From assembly GCF_002087085.1 (NCBI RefSeq), contig NZ_MWQY01000003.1, positions 1-64,000 of the forward strand: DNA of 64,000 nucleotides. The letters are read 5' to 3'. The notes beneath the pieces are model-generated. The model ran no database searches. It was not told the origin of the DNA and saw only the letters and a list, made by a program, of their open reading frames with translations. Made by a program: the position numbers and the translations under genes. Each line of letters starts with the position of its first letter. Position 1 is the stretch's first letter. Positions 22,256 to 32,644 of this stretch are shown here, in pieces.

Positions 22256-22361
22256 GAATCGTTCTCCTCATTGCTATACACCATTTAAGGCGTTCTGTTT
22301 TCAATATCATTCTACGCCAGCAGATCCTTTTCGAGGATCCTGACGGTGCAGACTTGTTATC

Positions 22362-22433
22362 CTGGGACGGCAGGAATCGAACCTGCGAATGCCGGAACCA
22401 AAATCCGGTGCCTTACCGCTTGGCGACGTCCCA
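22362..22433 (-). tRNA. tRNA-Gln(TTG), CCA not encoded
   Basis: TGGGACG/CGTCCCA acceptor (U1-A72), CCGGA-TTTTGGT-TCCGG anticodon arm, TTCGATT. Confidence 0.96.
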
Positions 22434-22468
22434 AATATTTTAAGATTTTAGACTGATAAGCAGCGGAA

Positions 22469-22759
22469 TCAGCTGTCTTCGTCTTCGTCGTAGGCCGGGC
22501 TGCTGTCAGCCTGGGCCTTATATTCTTCCAGAATGCGTTCCTGCAGTTTTCCCCGGAAATCCGAATTAATCGGATGCGCCACATCCTTGTACTCACCGGT
22601 TTTCGTCTTTCTCGAAGGCATGGCAATAAACGCGCCGTTCTTCCCCTCGATCACCTTCACATTGTGAACAACAAAGGAGTCATCAAAGGTTACGGTTACG
22701 TAGGCCTTAAGTTTACCGTCCGCTTCGACACGCCGAATCCGGATATCCGTGATTTCCAT
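22469..22759 (-). CDS. spoVG: SpoVG nucleic-acid-binding protein
   Basis: [52 protein letters not shown] precedes ATG 22759. Confidence 0.96.
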   Translation of the reverse strand: MEITDIRIRRVEADGKLKAYVTVTFDDSFVVHNVKVIEGKNGAFIAMPSRKTKTGEYKDVAHPINSDFRGKLQERILEEYKAQADSSPAYDEDEDS

Positions 22760-22792
22760 ACTTTCCTCCACTCATGTTGCATAAATATTACG

Positions 22793-23683
22793 TCATTGTA
22801 ATATGCTATCCGGAAATATAGCAAGTGTTTCTATTGTAAGCACTTGTTTTAGGTTTTTTTTACCTTTTAGAACTAATGCCGCCCTCCGGGCAGCGGCTTC
22901 ATCGGTAAAAACACCAAAGATGGCAGAACCGGAACCGGAAACATTCGCGTACAGGGCCTGCGAGGAGAGCAGGGTATCAATCAGCTGGCCAATCAGGGGA
23001 TATCGTTCCCGTAAAACCGGCGTAAAGGAGTTGAAGAATGTCCATTTATCCGGAGTGCGTTCATACAGGGAGGCATAATCACTGCCGGCAGAAAGCATCG
23101 GATAATCCCCTCCACGCTTTTCATCCAGCCATCGATATGCATCCGCAGTGGAGACCGGGAAATCAGGCAGAACAAGGACCAGAGGAAGAGTGCGGGGTTT
23201 GTTCAGGGGAAGCACCTTTTCACCTCGACCGGTGACGAGAGCCAGGGGACTGCGGCAGAAAAACGGGACGTCGCTCCCCAGTTCCGCAGAGATCCGTGCA
23301 AGTTCCGCATTATCCACAGGAACGGAAAACAGATCCCTCAGACTTTTCAGCATTGTCGCAGCATTGCTTGATCCGCCTCCCAGTCCGGCCCCCTCGGGTA
23401 TGCGCTTTTCAACAGTGACTTCCACGGAAGTCTTGAGCCCGTAACGCTCCGAGAAGAGCCTGTATGCCCTGCATATAAGATTATCCTCAGAAACACAGCT
23501 GAAACGGCCGTGAATACTGCAGGTATTGTTAGAATCTTTCAAAGAACGTACCGTGATCGTATCCGCAAGGGAGACAATCTGAAAAAGAGAGCACAAGTCA
23601 TGAAACCCGTCGTTTCGTCTGTCCCCGATCTCGAGATGCAGATTCACCTTGGCCGGGGATTGAAGGGTTACGGCCCTCATCAT
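22793..23683 (-). CDS. ispE: 4-diphosphocytidyl-2-C-methyl-D-erythritol kinase
   Basis: PAKVNLHL, KRIPEGAGLGGGSSNAA, LGSDVPFF, SGSGSA. Confidence 0.97.
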   Translation of the reverse strand: MMRAVTLQSPAKVNLHLEIGDRRNDGFHDLCSLFQIVSLADTITVRSLKDSNNTCSIHGRFSCVSEDNLICRAYRLFSERYGLKTSVEVTVEKRIPEGAGLGGGSSNAATMLKSLRDLFSVPVDNAELARISAELGSDVPFFCRSPLALVTGRGEKVLPLNKPRTLPLVLVLPDFPVSTADAYRWLDEKRGGDYPMLSAGSDYASLYERTPDKWTFFNSFTPVLRERYPLIGQLIDTLLSSQALYANVSGSGSAIFGVFTDEAAARRAALVLKGKKNLKQVLTIETLAIFPDSILQ

Positions 23684-23694
23684 AATGCTGATGT

Positions 23695-23722
23695 ATTATA
23701 CATATCTGCCGCCGTCTGTCAA
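23695..23722 (-). promoter_or_regulatory. Consensus sigma70 promoter heading ispE-spoVG-tRNA-rplY-pth-tilS-ftsH
   Basis: TTGACA-16 bp-TATAAT, 11 nt before the ispE ATG, no SD. Confidence 0.75.
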
Positions 23723-23725
23723 ACC

Positions 23726-25285
23726 CTAGCCCTGCAGATAATGGCAGCCGATGGACTGTCCGTTGTTAAGGGCTGATCGGGTAACCACAAGGGCGCTGAT
23801 AATTGCATTTCTCAGCTCGACAACGTCCCTGCGCAGCGTGGCAGAACGATAGAAGCGCTCAATTCGGTGGTTAAGGTAGTTCAGGTCCGCAAAGGCCCGG
23901 GAAAGCCTTTTTCTGGTCCTGATTATACCCACATAATTCCACATGGTACTCTGAATCTGGTTCAGATCGCTCCGTATCAGCACCGGATCGAAACTGGTTT
24001 CCCCGGGGGGAGATACCCAGGGGGGTATACTGCGGATAAGACGGTCGGCCAGGTCACTGGAACAGCAGAGAATAGCATCAGCGGTTCGCACCCCGTAGTA
24101 AAGCCCCTCCAGCAGCGATACTGAAGCCAGCCGGTTGGCCCCATGCACCCCGGTACAGGCCGTTTCTCCCACAGCGTAGAGTCCTTCCAGGGAAGTCCGC
24201 CCTTCGAGATCGACCTTTATCCCTCCGCAGGAGTAGTGGGCGGCGGGAACCACGGGAATAAGGTCCTTTCGGATGTCGATATTCACGGCGGCACAGGCCG
24301 CGAATATAGAAGGAAAACGCTCCTTCAAATCATGGTCCCTGATGCCCCGGGCATCCAGATAGACGTATCCCGCCTTGTCCTTTTCTATCTGCCGGTAAAT
24401 TCCCCGGGCAACCTCGTCCCTGGGGGCCAGGTCCTTCAGCCGCGGGGCGTAACGGGACATGAAGTACTCCCCTTCCCGGTTTAAAAGCTTCGCTCCCTCG
24501 CCCCGTACGGATTCGGAGATCAGAAAGCGATCGGAATCCCGGTGAAACAGGGTCGTTGGATGAAACTGTACAAATTCCGCATTTATTATCTCTACGTTGG
24601 CCCTGTACGCCATGGCCATACCGTCACCGACCGCACCCCTGGGGTTGGATGTATGCTGGTAGATGTCTCCCAGTCCCCCGGTGGCAAGAACCACGGCGGA
24701 AGCGAAAACAGGAAGAACCTCACCGCTCTCGTTGTTCAGAAGATACATGCCGAGGGCACGGCTCGGTTTATAGCGAACCTGGTAATCCACGGAATGGTGT
24801 GTCGAGGTTATAATGTCGATGGCCGTGTAATTTGTCAGACGGCTTATACGTTCCTCCGCCTCGGCAGCCCCGGCCAGGTGCTCCATGATCGAGCGTCCTG
24901 TATAGTCGTGAACGTGGAGAATCCGCCGTACAGAATGGGCCGCCTCACGGGTCAGCATATATCCGGATTCATCCCGGATAAAAGGCACCTCTAATTCACG
25001 GGCGAGAAAATCGAGTACCAGATCGGGACCTTCGGCGGCGAGAGTCTCCACGGCCTCGATGCAGTTTATGCCGTCTCCGGCCTCGAGGATATCGTGCTTC
25101 AGCAGTTCTGGGGTGTCCCCTTCCCCCCTGGCGACAATACCACCCTGGGCGTAGCGGCTGTTGCATTCCAGGGGATCCGCGCTTTTTGAAACCAGACAGA
25201 CGTCGGCACCCTTCCGCGCGAGCCGGATGGCCGCACTGATACCCGCTATTCCTCCCCCAATGACAAGGGCATCAAACCGCATCAT
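23726..25285 (-). CDS. nadB: L-aspartate oxidase
   Basis: GGGIAG, SRYAQGGI, EAAHSVRRILH, QFHPT, LISESVRGEG, LAPRDEVAR, HGANRLASVSLLE; adjacent to nadC. Confidence 0.95.
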   Translation of the reverse strand: MMRFDALVIGGGIAGISAAIRLARKGADVCLVSKSADPLECNSRYAQGGIVARGEGDTPELLKHDILEAGDGINCIEAVETLAAEGPDLVLDFLARELEVPFIRDESGYMLTREAAHSVRRILHVHDYTGRSIMEHLAGAAEAEERISRLTNYTAIDIITSTHHSVDYQVRYKPSRALGMYLLNNESGEVLPVFASAVVLATGGLGDIYQHTSNPRGAVGDGMAMAYRANVEIINAEFVQFHPTTLFHRDSDRFLISESVRGEGAKLLNREGEYFMSRYAPRLKDLAPRDEVARGIYRQIEKDKAGYVYLDARGIRDHDLKERFPSIFAACAAVNIDIRKDLIPVVPAAHYSCGGIKVDLEGRTSLEGLYAVGETACTGVHGANRLASVSLLEGLYYGVRTADAILCCSSDLADRLIRSIPPWVSPPGETSFDPVLIRSDLNQIQSTMWNYVGIIRTRKRLSRAFADLNYLNHRIERFYRSATLRRDVVELRNAIISALVVTRSALNNGQSIGCHYLQG

Positions 25286-26121
25286 GCTTCAGGTCCTGCG
25301 ATTTTCAGAGAGAAATCGAAATTCTTAACTGAATGGGTCAGTTTTCCCACGGAAATATAATCCAGACCGATCTCCATATACCCGGCAATCTTCTCCAGAG
25401 ACATGTCGCCGGAGGCTTCGAAAGCAACATCTCCTCTTCGCTGCCCCAGGCATTCCGCCGCTGTTTTTGCGTCCATATTGTCCAGCATGATAATATCCGC
25501 CCCCGCATCCAGAGCTTCACTGACCTCTTCGGCATTGCGGCATTCCACCTCTATCCTGTAGCGACTGCCCCATTTGTCCCGTACCATGGAAACAGCCCGT
25601 TGAATGGATCCGGCTGCATCGATGTGGTTGTCCTTGATCATAACCATGTCATAGAGTCCCATTCGGTGATTGGTTCCACCCCCCACTGAAACAGCGTACT
25701 TGGCAAGTTCCCGGTACCCCGGCAGGGTTTTTCGGGTATCCAGTATCCGTGTTTTACCCCGCTGCAGACGGGAAAATTGCTGCGTTACTGTGGCAATACC
25801 GGAAAGATAGCCCAGAAAATTGAGGGCGATCCTTTCAGCAGTCAGGATGGAAAGGGTTGATCCCCGAAGCTCTGCGACGATATCTCCAGGCTTCAGGCTG
25901 TCTCCATCGCTGAACAGGCATTCCACCTGCGTGGACGGATCTATGCGGTGAAATACCCGGGTAAAAAAATCAGTGCCCGCAAGAATTCCCGTATCCTTGC
26001 TGTGCAGCCGGGCAAGGACCTGATCATCCCCGAAAATCGCGCGGGATGTAACGTCCCCCGCCTCGGCGAGGTCTTCTTTTATCGCCAGTTCCAGCAGAAC
26101 CTCAAAGCTTGTCTGTTTCAT
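25282..26121 (-). CDS. nadC: Quinolinate phosphoribosyltransferase
   Basis: DTRKTLPG, NHRMGLYD.VMIKDNH, EVEC, IMLDNM, EASG. Confidence 0.98.
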   Translation of the reverse strand: MKQTSFEVLLELAIKEDLAEAGDVTSRAIFGDDQVLARLHSKDTGILAGTDFFTRVFHRIDPSTQVECLFSDGDSLKPGDIVAELRGSTLSILTAERIALNFLGYLSGIATVTQQFSRLQRGKTRILDTRKTLPGYRELAKYAVSVGGGTNHRMGLYDMVMIKDNHIDAAGSIQRAVSMVRDKWGSRYRIEVECRNAEEVSEALDAGADIIMLDNMDAKTAAECLGQRRGDVAFEASGDMSLEKIAGYMEIGLDYISVGKLTHSVKNFDFSLKIAGPEA

Positions 26122-26128
26122 GGGCGAA

Positions 26129-26157
26129 ATAGTACGCTAACTTTATGCTATTTTCAA
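26129..26157 (-). promoter_or_regulatory. sigma70-type promoter for nadC-nadB, leaderless geometry
   Basis: TTGAAA-17 bp-TACTAT-7 nt-ATG; no SD. Confidence 0.65.
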
Positions 26158-26164
26158 CTCTCAT

Positions 26165-26194
26165 TTGACTTTTCAAGAATTACCGTCCTATACT
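26165..26194 (+). promoter_or_regulatory. sigma70-type promoter for cheX, leaderless geometry
   Basis: TTGACT-18 bp-TATACT-7 nt-ATG; no SD. Confidence 0.65.
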
Positions 26195-26201
26195 GCTTTC
26201 T

Positions 26202-26678
26202 ATGAGCGATTATTTACAGCAGTTTACCGGTGCCCTCAGGGAAGTTGTACGGGAGATCGGTTTTGAAGATACAAGCATTTCCGTGGAGGATATCGATCCA
26301 TCCTCGGTGGAGCTGGTCGCCAGTGTCGGGATAACGGGAGATCTCCACGGCTTCATGATGCTCCGTGCGGATATGCAGAGCGCTCATAATTTCGTCTCCA
26401 AGATGCTCATAAATATGGGCATTGAACCTGAAGAAGAAGAGGGGTTCGGCCAGTTCCACAAGGAGGCTATTGGAGAGATCGTGAATCAGGTTTCCGGTCG
26501 ATCCACCATGATGCTGGCGGATCAGAATATCGACTGCAATATTACTCCCCCCACAATTATCTCGGGGCAGAGTATCTACTCCGACATAGCCTCCTGCGAG
26601 TCCTCCATTTCTCATATTCTGAGTGGAAATTTCGGGAAAATAGGACTTTTTGTAGGCATAAAAAACAGCTCTCTTTAA
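26202..26678 (+). CDS. cheX: CheX-family chemotaxis phosphatase
   Basis: VGITGDLHG, catalytic EAIGEIVNQVSG (ExxN), ITPPTIISG. Confidence 0.85.
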   Translation: MSDYLQQFTGALREVVREIGFEDTSISVEDIDPSSVELVASVGITGDLHGFMMLRADMQSAHNFVSKMLINMGIEPEEEEGFGQFHKEAIGEIVNQVSGRSTMMLADQNIDCNITPPTIISGQSIYSDIASCESSISHILSGNFGKIGLFVGIKNSSL

Positions 26679-26688
26679 TAATAAACAG

Positions 26689-26718
26689 TTGACATAGTAT
26701 TCACCCCTGACTTAGATT
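26689..26718 (+). promoter_or_regulatory. sigma70-type promoter for the acidic small protein
   Basis: TTGACA-18 bp-TAGATT; SD GGAGAGG at 26748-26754. Confidence 0.55.
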
Positions 26719-26761
26719 AGCAGTATATCGCGTTAGATTTTTAGGGCGGAGAGGAAACCGG

Positions 26762-27043
26762 ATGGAGTATTACGAGTTGGAGAACGATGATATCTATCCA
26801 ATGTCGATGGATGACGCCGACGATGACGAGAACGGGTTCTACAACGACAACTTCGATGATTACGACGACGAGTTCGATGATGATCTGGATGATTTCGACG
26901 ATGACGAAGATCTGGATGACGACCTTGATGATGATGACATGGACGACGACGAACTCGAAGAAGACGATTTTGAAGACGACGACTACATCGAAGACGACTA
27001 TGACTTCGACGACGGCCTGGATTACGAAGATTTCGACGACTGA
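26762..27043 (+). CDS. Extremely acidic low-complexity 93-aa protein (Asp/Glu-rich with aromatic spacing), function unknown
   Basis: ATG with SD 7 nt upstream and a promoter-like motif; fills the gap between cheX and rsfS; mixed GAT/GAC codons; 45 D + 12 E, no K/R/H. Confidence 0.75.
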   Translation: MEYYELENDDIYPMSMDDADDDENGFYNDNFDDYDDEFDDDLDDFDDDEDLDDDLDDDDMDDDELEEDDFEDDDYIEDDYDFDDGLDYEDFDD

Positions 27044-27387
27044 AAAACAGTTTCTCCGGAATACCACAGTTTTTCCAACTCGTAGAAATTCCGGGTATCC
27101 CCGTCCATGAGATGGACAACCATAAAACCGCAATCAATCAGCACCCATCCTTCCTCATGAACTTTTTTATGACGATGGAGGATGGGTATATCGTTTTCCT
27201 TGAGAAATATCTGTATGTTTCGCACAAGCCCCTTGAGATGTCCCGTGCTGCGAACTGTGGTAATTATAAAGTAATCCGTCCATGAACTGACCTGAGAAAT
27301 ATCCAGGACCATGGTTTCAATCCCCTGGTGATCCTGAATGAACTCTCCCAGATCCTTTGCCAGTTTACTCTTTACAGTAGCGTCCAT
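27022..27387 (-). CDS. rsfS: Ribosome silencing factor RsfS (Iojap)
   Basis: VLDISQVSSWTDYFIITT, GWVLIDCG..VVHLM...RNFYELEKLW; downstream of nadD. Confidence 0.95.
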   Translation of the reverse strand: MDATVKSKLAKDLGEFIQDHQGIETMVLDISQVSSWTDYFIITTVRSTGHLKGLVRNIQIFLKENDIPILHRHKKVHEEGWVLIDCGFMVVHLMDGDTRNFYELEKLWYSGETVFQSSKSS

Positions 27388-28554
27388 CAAAATCCTTTCC
27401 TAATATGATTAATACATCGATTCTGGTATCAATTTCATCTTCGAACTCTTCGATACCCGTCTGAATCAGGATATTATTGCACTTTATGACATCCGCCACC
27501 CGTTTTACGGCCTGCTGATTACCCATACGATCGATAATTACTGTTTTATCGTAGTTTTCTTCCGCGTTTCCGATACGGGCTACGTCATAGCCGAAACTCT
27601 GATAAAGCTGAGAGGTTCTGCCGGCCAGACCGGTTACGGAAGTTCCGTTCCTGATCTCCAGAGCCACCTGGAGATCTCCCTCCGAGAGGACCTCCTCGCT
27701 TTTGAGACTGTTGATAGTCTGCGCTATTGTCTCCCGCAGCAGACGTCCGTCGGAATGGGGAAAGAGGAGCTCCTGGTCGTCGACACTGCGGGAGGTACCC
27801 CGCAGCCTGAGCTGTACCATATTCTGTACATCCAGCGCCTCCATGGCTCTGGTAAGGGTTACAAGACTTCTCTGGGAGAGGTTAGTGGTAAGCGATTCCT
27901 CCAGAACCCCCGCAACCTCCGGATTAGAGATACGCTGTGCGGAGTTCCCCAGACCGTCGAGCAGGCTCTTCAGAAAGCTCTGAGCCCTGGATACTTTTTC
28001 GGATTCGCTTTCTCCGGGATCCCCGTAACGCAGATAAATCGCAGCCTTACTCCCATCCATAATAAAACCGCCGGAGGGCAGCAGGATGTATTTTCCGTCT
28101 ATCTCCGTGTCCACCGGATTGGGAATGAATGTTTCAACCCCGCCGACCAGGTCAACGACTCTGCCCAGGTTTTCAAGATTCATAATGAGATAAAAAGGGA
28201 TTTCCAGCCCCGAAAGGCCGCCGACCATGTCCAGATAGCTCTGGGGGTCCGCAGAATCGAAGAGAGTCTCTATACTGCCTATTTTTTCATACCCGGGAAG
28301 CAATGCACCGGTATTCGCCGGAATATCGATGAGCGCGCCTTTTCCGGTGGATAACTGGTACAAAAAGACCTGGGATGTCAGGATCTCCTCCCCGTCGGTT
28401 ATAATCAGCATCAGGGGAACCGGCTCTTCCTGGTCAAAGGCTCTTTCAAGCTTGTTTACCCTGACCTTTCCGTATAGAAAAACCCCGGTTGCGGATAGAA
28501 TCAGTACCATTATAAAAAGCAGAATAATTCCGGGATCGAAGATCGATGTTTTCT

Positions 28555-28558
<4 letters not shown>
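27365..28558 (-). CDS. LCP (LytR-CpsA-Psr) family protein with LytR_C domain
   Basis: N-terminal TM, IDIPANT, VVDLVGGV, MDGSKAAIYLRY, C-terminal EIRNGTSVTGLA...LIILGKDF. Confidence 0.85.
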
Positions 28559-30385
<1,827 letters not shown>

Positions 30386-30391
30386 ATCAGT

Positions 30392-30766
30392 TTACTCCTT
30401 GCTATTTTCCCGCTGAACGTCATGATGAGTTTTGAGACATCCCTCTGACACCTCAAAACGACACAGACGCGGATTCTCACGGCTCGCAGCCTCGAGACCC
30501 CGGATCAGTGTGTCCAACACTCCCCGGGCCCTATCGAGGGGCGCCCCGTCTCCATACCGTACATAAAAACGGAGCACTCCGGGTCGCGGAGCGCTTCCGT
30601 CAATTTCAAGATCATCAAGATCCTTCAGAGCCTGGGACGAACTTCTGCACAGCAGACTTACCGCGGCGCAGATTGACGCGTCCTTTTCGGCACCCTTGCT
30701 GGCATGACCTTCCGCCTCAAGACTGAGCAGAAGCCCCGAATCGACCTTGAGCCGTACCCGGATCAT
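30392..30766 (-). CDS. prp: Ribosomal-processing cysteine protease Prp (YsxB/DUF464) family
   Basis: Located between rplU and rpmA; GHA..ICAAVS His/Cys dyad with 12-residue spacing. Confidence 0.85.
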   Translation of the reverse strand: MIRVRLKVDSGLLLSLEAEGHASKGAEKDASICAAVSLLCRSSSQALKDLDDLEIDGSAPRPGVLRFYVRYGDGAPLDRARGVLDTLIRGLEAASRENPRLCRFEVSEGCLKTHHDVQRENSKE

Positions 30767-30784
30767 ACCATTACACCGGACACA

Positions 30785-31099
30785 TTATGCGCCGACAATA
30801 TCCTTGACTTTGATCACCGAATACTGCTGCCTGTGACCCTGCTTCCGCCGATAGCCTTTCCGCCGCTTGTATTTGATGATGGTAACCTTGTCACCCTTTG
30901 TGTGATCCTCGATTGTGGCGGTAACCTTTGCATTCTTGACATAGGGGGCACCCACATTGACGCCCGCCTCGTCGCTGGTCATCAGCACCGAGTCGAACTC
31001 AACATCCGAGCCGGCATCGCCTTCGAGCTTATCAACCTGAAGCACAGACCCTTTTTCGAGCTTGTACTGTTTTCCTTTAATCTCTACCAGTGCGTACAT
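30785..31099 (-). CDS. rplU: 50S ribosomal protein L21
   Basis: MYALVEIKGKQYK, KYKRRKGYRRKQGHRQ. Confidence 0.99.
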   Translation of the reverse strand: MYALVEIKGKQYKLEKGSVLQVDKLEGDAGSDVEFDSVLMTSDEAGVNVGAPYVKNAKVTATIEDHTKGDKVTIIKYKRRKGYRRKQGHRQQYSVIKVKDIVGA

Positions 31100-31142
31100 T
31101 ACGACAACCTCAACTCAATCTACTAGAAAATTCGTAAGCGTC

Positions 31143-31172
31143 TATATACCATAGGGATACGGGTATCGTCAA
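31143..31172 (-). promoter_or_regulatory. Probable sigma70 promoter for rplU-prp-rpmA-obgE-nadD-LCP-rsfS
   Basis: TTGACG-18 bp-TATATA with TGn extension. Confidence 0.5.
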
Positions 31173-31186
31173 GGGACACAGCCCTA

Positions 31187-32644
31187 TTAGGGCAGATAAG
31201 TCCTTCCCATAAGGTACCTGTCCACCTCTCGTGCCGCTCCGCGTCCCTCATTTATAGCCCAGACAACCAGGGATTGTCCCCGACGCATATCGCCGGCGGA
31301 AAAAACTCCTTTTCTGGAGGTGGCAAAACGGCCGTATTCCGCGGCGACCGTGCCGGTTCCGGTCGTATCGATGCCGAAACTTTCCAGAATCGGTTTTTCG
31401 GCGCCGATAAAGCCCATGGCCAGAAGAACAAGATCGGCCCTGAAGATCTCCTCGGAGCCGGGAACTTCACTCATCTGATAGCGCCCGTTTTCATCCTTTT
31501 TCCACTGGACCCGAACGGTTTTTACAGCCTCTACCCTTTCATCCCCGATGAACTCTTTTGTAAGGATATTGTACTCCCTGGGGTCCTTTCCGAAGCGTTT
31601 GATGGCCTCCTCATGCCCGTAGTCGACCTTGAGGAGCTTCGGATACATAGGCCAGGGAAACTCGTCAGTCCTCTCCGTGGGCGGCTGGGGCAGCAGCTCA
31701 AAGTTAACCAGCCCCGCACAGCCGTGACGCAGGCTTGTCCCGATACAGTCGCATCCGGTATCTCCGCCTCCGATCACTATAACATGTTTTCCCTCTGCGG
31801 ATACAGGGGCCTTTTCGCAGTTTCCGGTATCCAGTAAAGTTCTGGTATTCCCGGTAAGAAAATCCATGGCGTAATGAATGCCCTCCAGCTCCCTTCCGGG
31901 CACCGGAAGATCCCTGGGGACGGTGGAGCCGCAGGTGAGTACAACAGCATCAAATTCCGCCTCCAGCGCTTCCGCCTGAATATCGACCCCTACCTCGATA
32001 CCGGTGCGAAACTCCACACCTTCCTCTTCCATGATACCGATTCTGCGAAGAACAACATTTTTATCCAGTTTCATATTGGGGATACCGTACATCAGAAGCC
32101 CCCCGGGACGGTCTGCCCGTTCGAAAACCACAACCCTGTGGCCGGCCTGATTCAACTGGTCCGCCGCTGCAAGACCCGCAGGGCCCGATCCTACCACCGC
32201 GACCTTCTTTCCCGTACGGAGGGCAGGAGGATTGGCACTGACGTAACCTTCGGCAAAAGCCTTTTCTATGATAAAGTATTCGTTGTTCTTTATGGTGACC
32301 GCCGGTTCGTTGATGCCCAGCACACAGGCTGTTTCGCAGGGGGCGGGACATACCCGACCGGTGAATTCCGGAAAGTTATTGGTCTTCATAAGACGCTTGA
32401 AGGCGTCTTTATCCCGTCCCCGGTAAACCAGGTCGTTCCACTCGGGGATAAGGTTGTCCACGGGACATCCGAAGGAGGAGTGACAGAAGGGTACGCCGCA
32501 GTCCATGCAGCGGGCTCCCTGCTCCCGTCGCTCCCCGTCGCTTAAGGGAACAAGAAATTCGTTATAATCGCCGAGGCGTCTGTCTGCGTCGGCATACGGT
32601 ACAATCCGTCGTTGATACTCCATGAATCCTGTGGGCTTACCCAT
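31187..32644 (-). CDS. gltD: Glutamate synthase small subunit
   Basis: MGKPTGF, RCMDCGVPFC..CP, NNFPEFTGRVCPAPCE, GSGPAG, GGGDTG, GQSLVVWAINEGR. Confidence 0.98.
   Translation of the reverse strand: MGKPTGFMEYQRRIVPYADADRRLGDYNEFLVPLSDGERREQGARCMDCGVPFCHSSFGCPVDNLIPEWNDLVYRGRDKDAFKRLMKTNNFPEFTGRVCPAPCETACVLGINEPAVTIKNNEYFIIEKAFAEGYVSANPPALRTGKKVAVVGSGPAGLAAADQLNQAGHRVVVFERADRPGGLLMYGIPNMKLDKNVVLRRIGIMEEEGVEFRTGIEVGVDIQAEALEAEFDAVVLTCGSTVPRDLPVPGRELEGIHYAMDFLTGNTRTLLDTGNCEKAPVSAEGKHVIVIGGGDTGCDCIGTSLRHGCAGLVNFELLPQPPTERTDEFPWPMYPKLLKVDYGHEEAIKRFGKDPREYNILTKEFIGDERVEAVKTVRVQWKKDENGRYQMSEVPGSEEIFRADLVLLAMGFIGAEKPILESFGIDTTGTGTVAAEYGRFATSRKGVFSAGDMRRGQSLVVWAINEGRGAAREVDRYLMGRTYLP

Noticed and set aside
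22255..23683. prs absent from ispE-spoVG-tRNA-Gln-rplY-pth
   Set aside because: spoVG-rplY-pth-tilS-ftsH without prs is the usual spirochaete order as I recall it; there is no remnant suggesting recent loss.
23726..26121. nadB-nadC without nadA
   Set aside because: nadA is often encoded elsewhere; absence from one window is uninformative.
26733..27137. Alternative-frame ORFs over the acidic gene (Thr/Met-rich plus; Val/Ile-rich and Arg/His-rich minus), or a GAY microsatellite
   Set aside because: These are the other frames of GAY/GAR codons. Only the Asp frame has an ATG with a well-placed SD, and variation concentrates at its third codon positions.
30386..30394. Prp-L27 read-through fusion (the two ORFs are in frame)
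   Set aside because: One-in-three coincidence; the stop is TAA and rpmA has its own SD.
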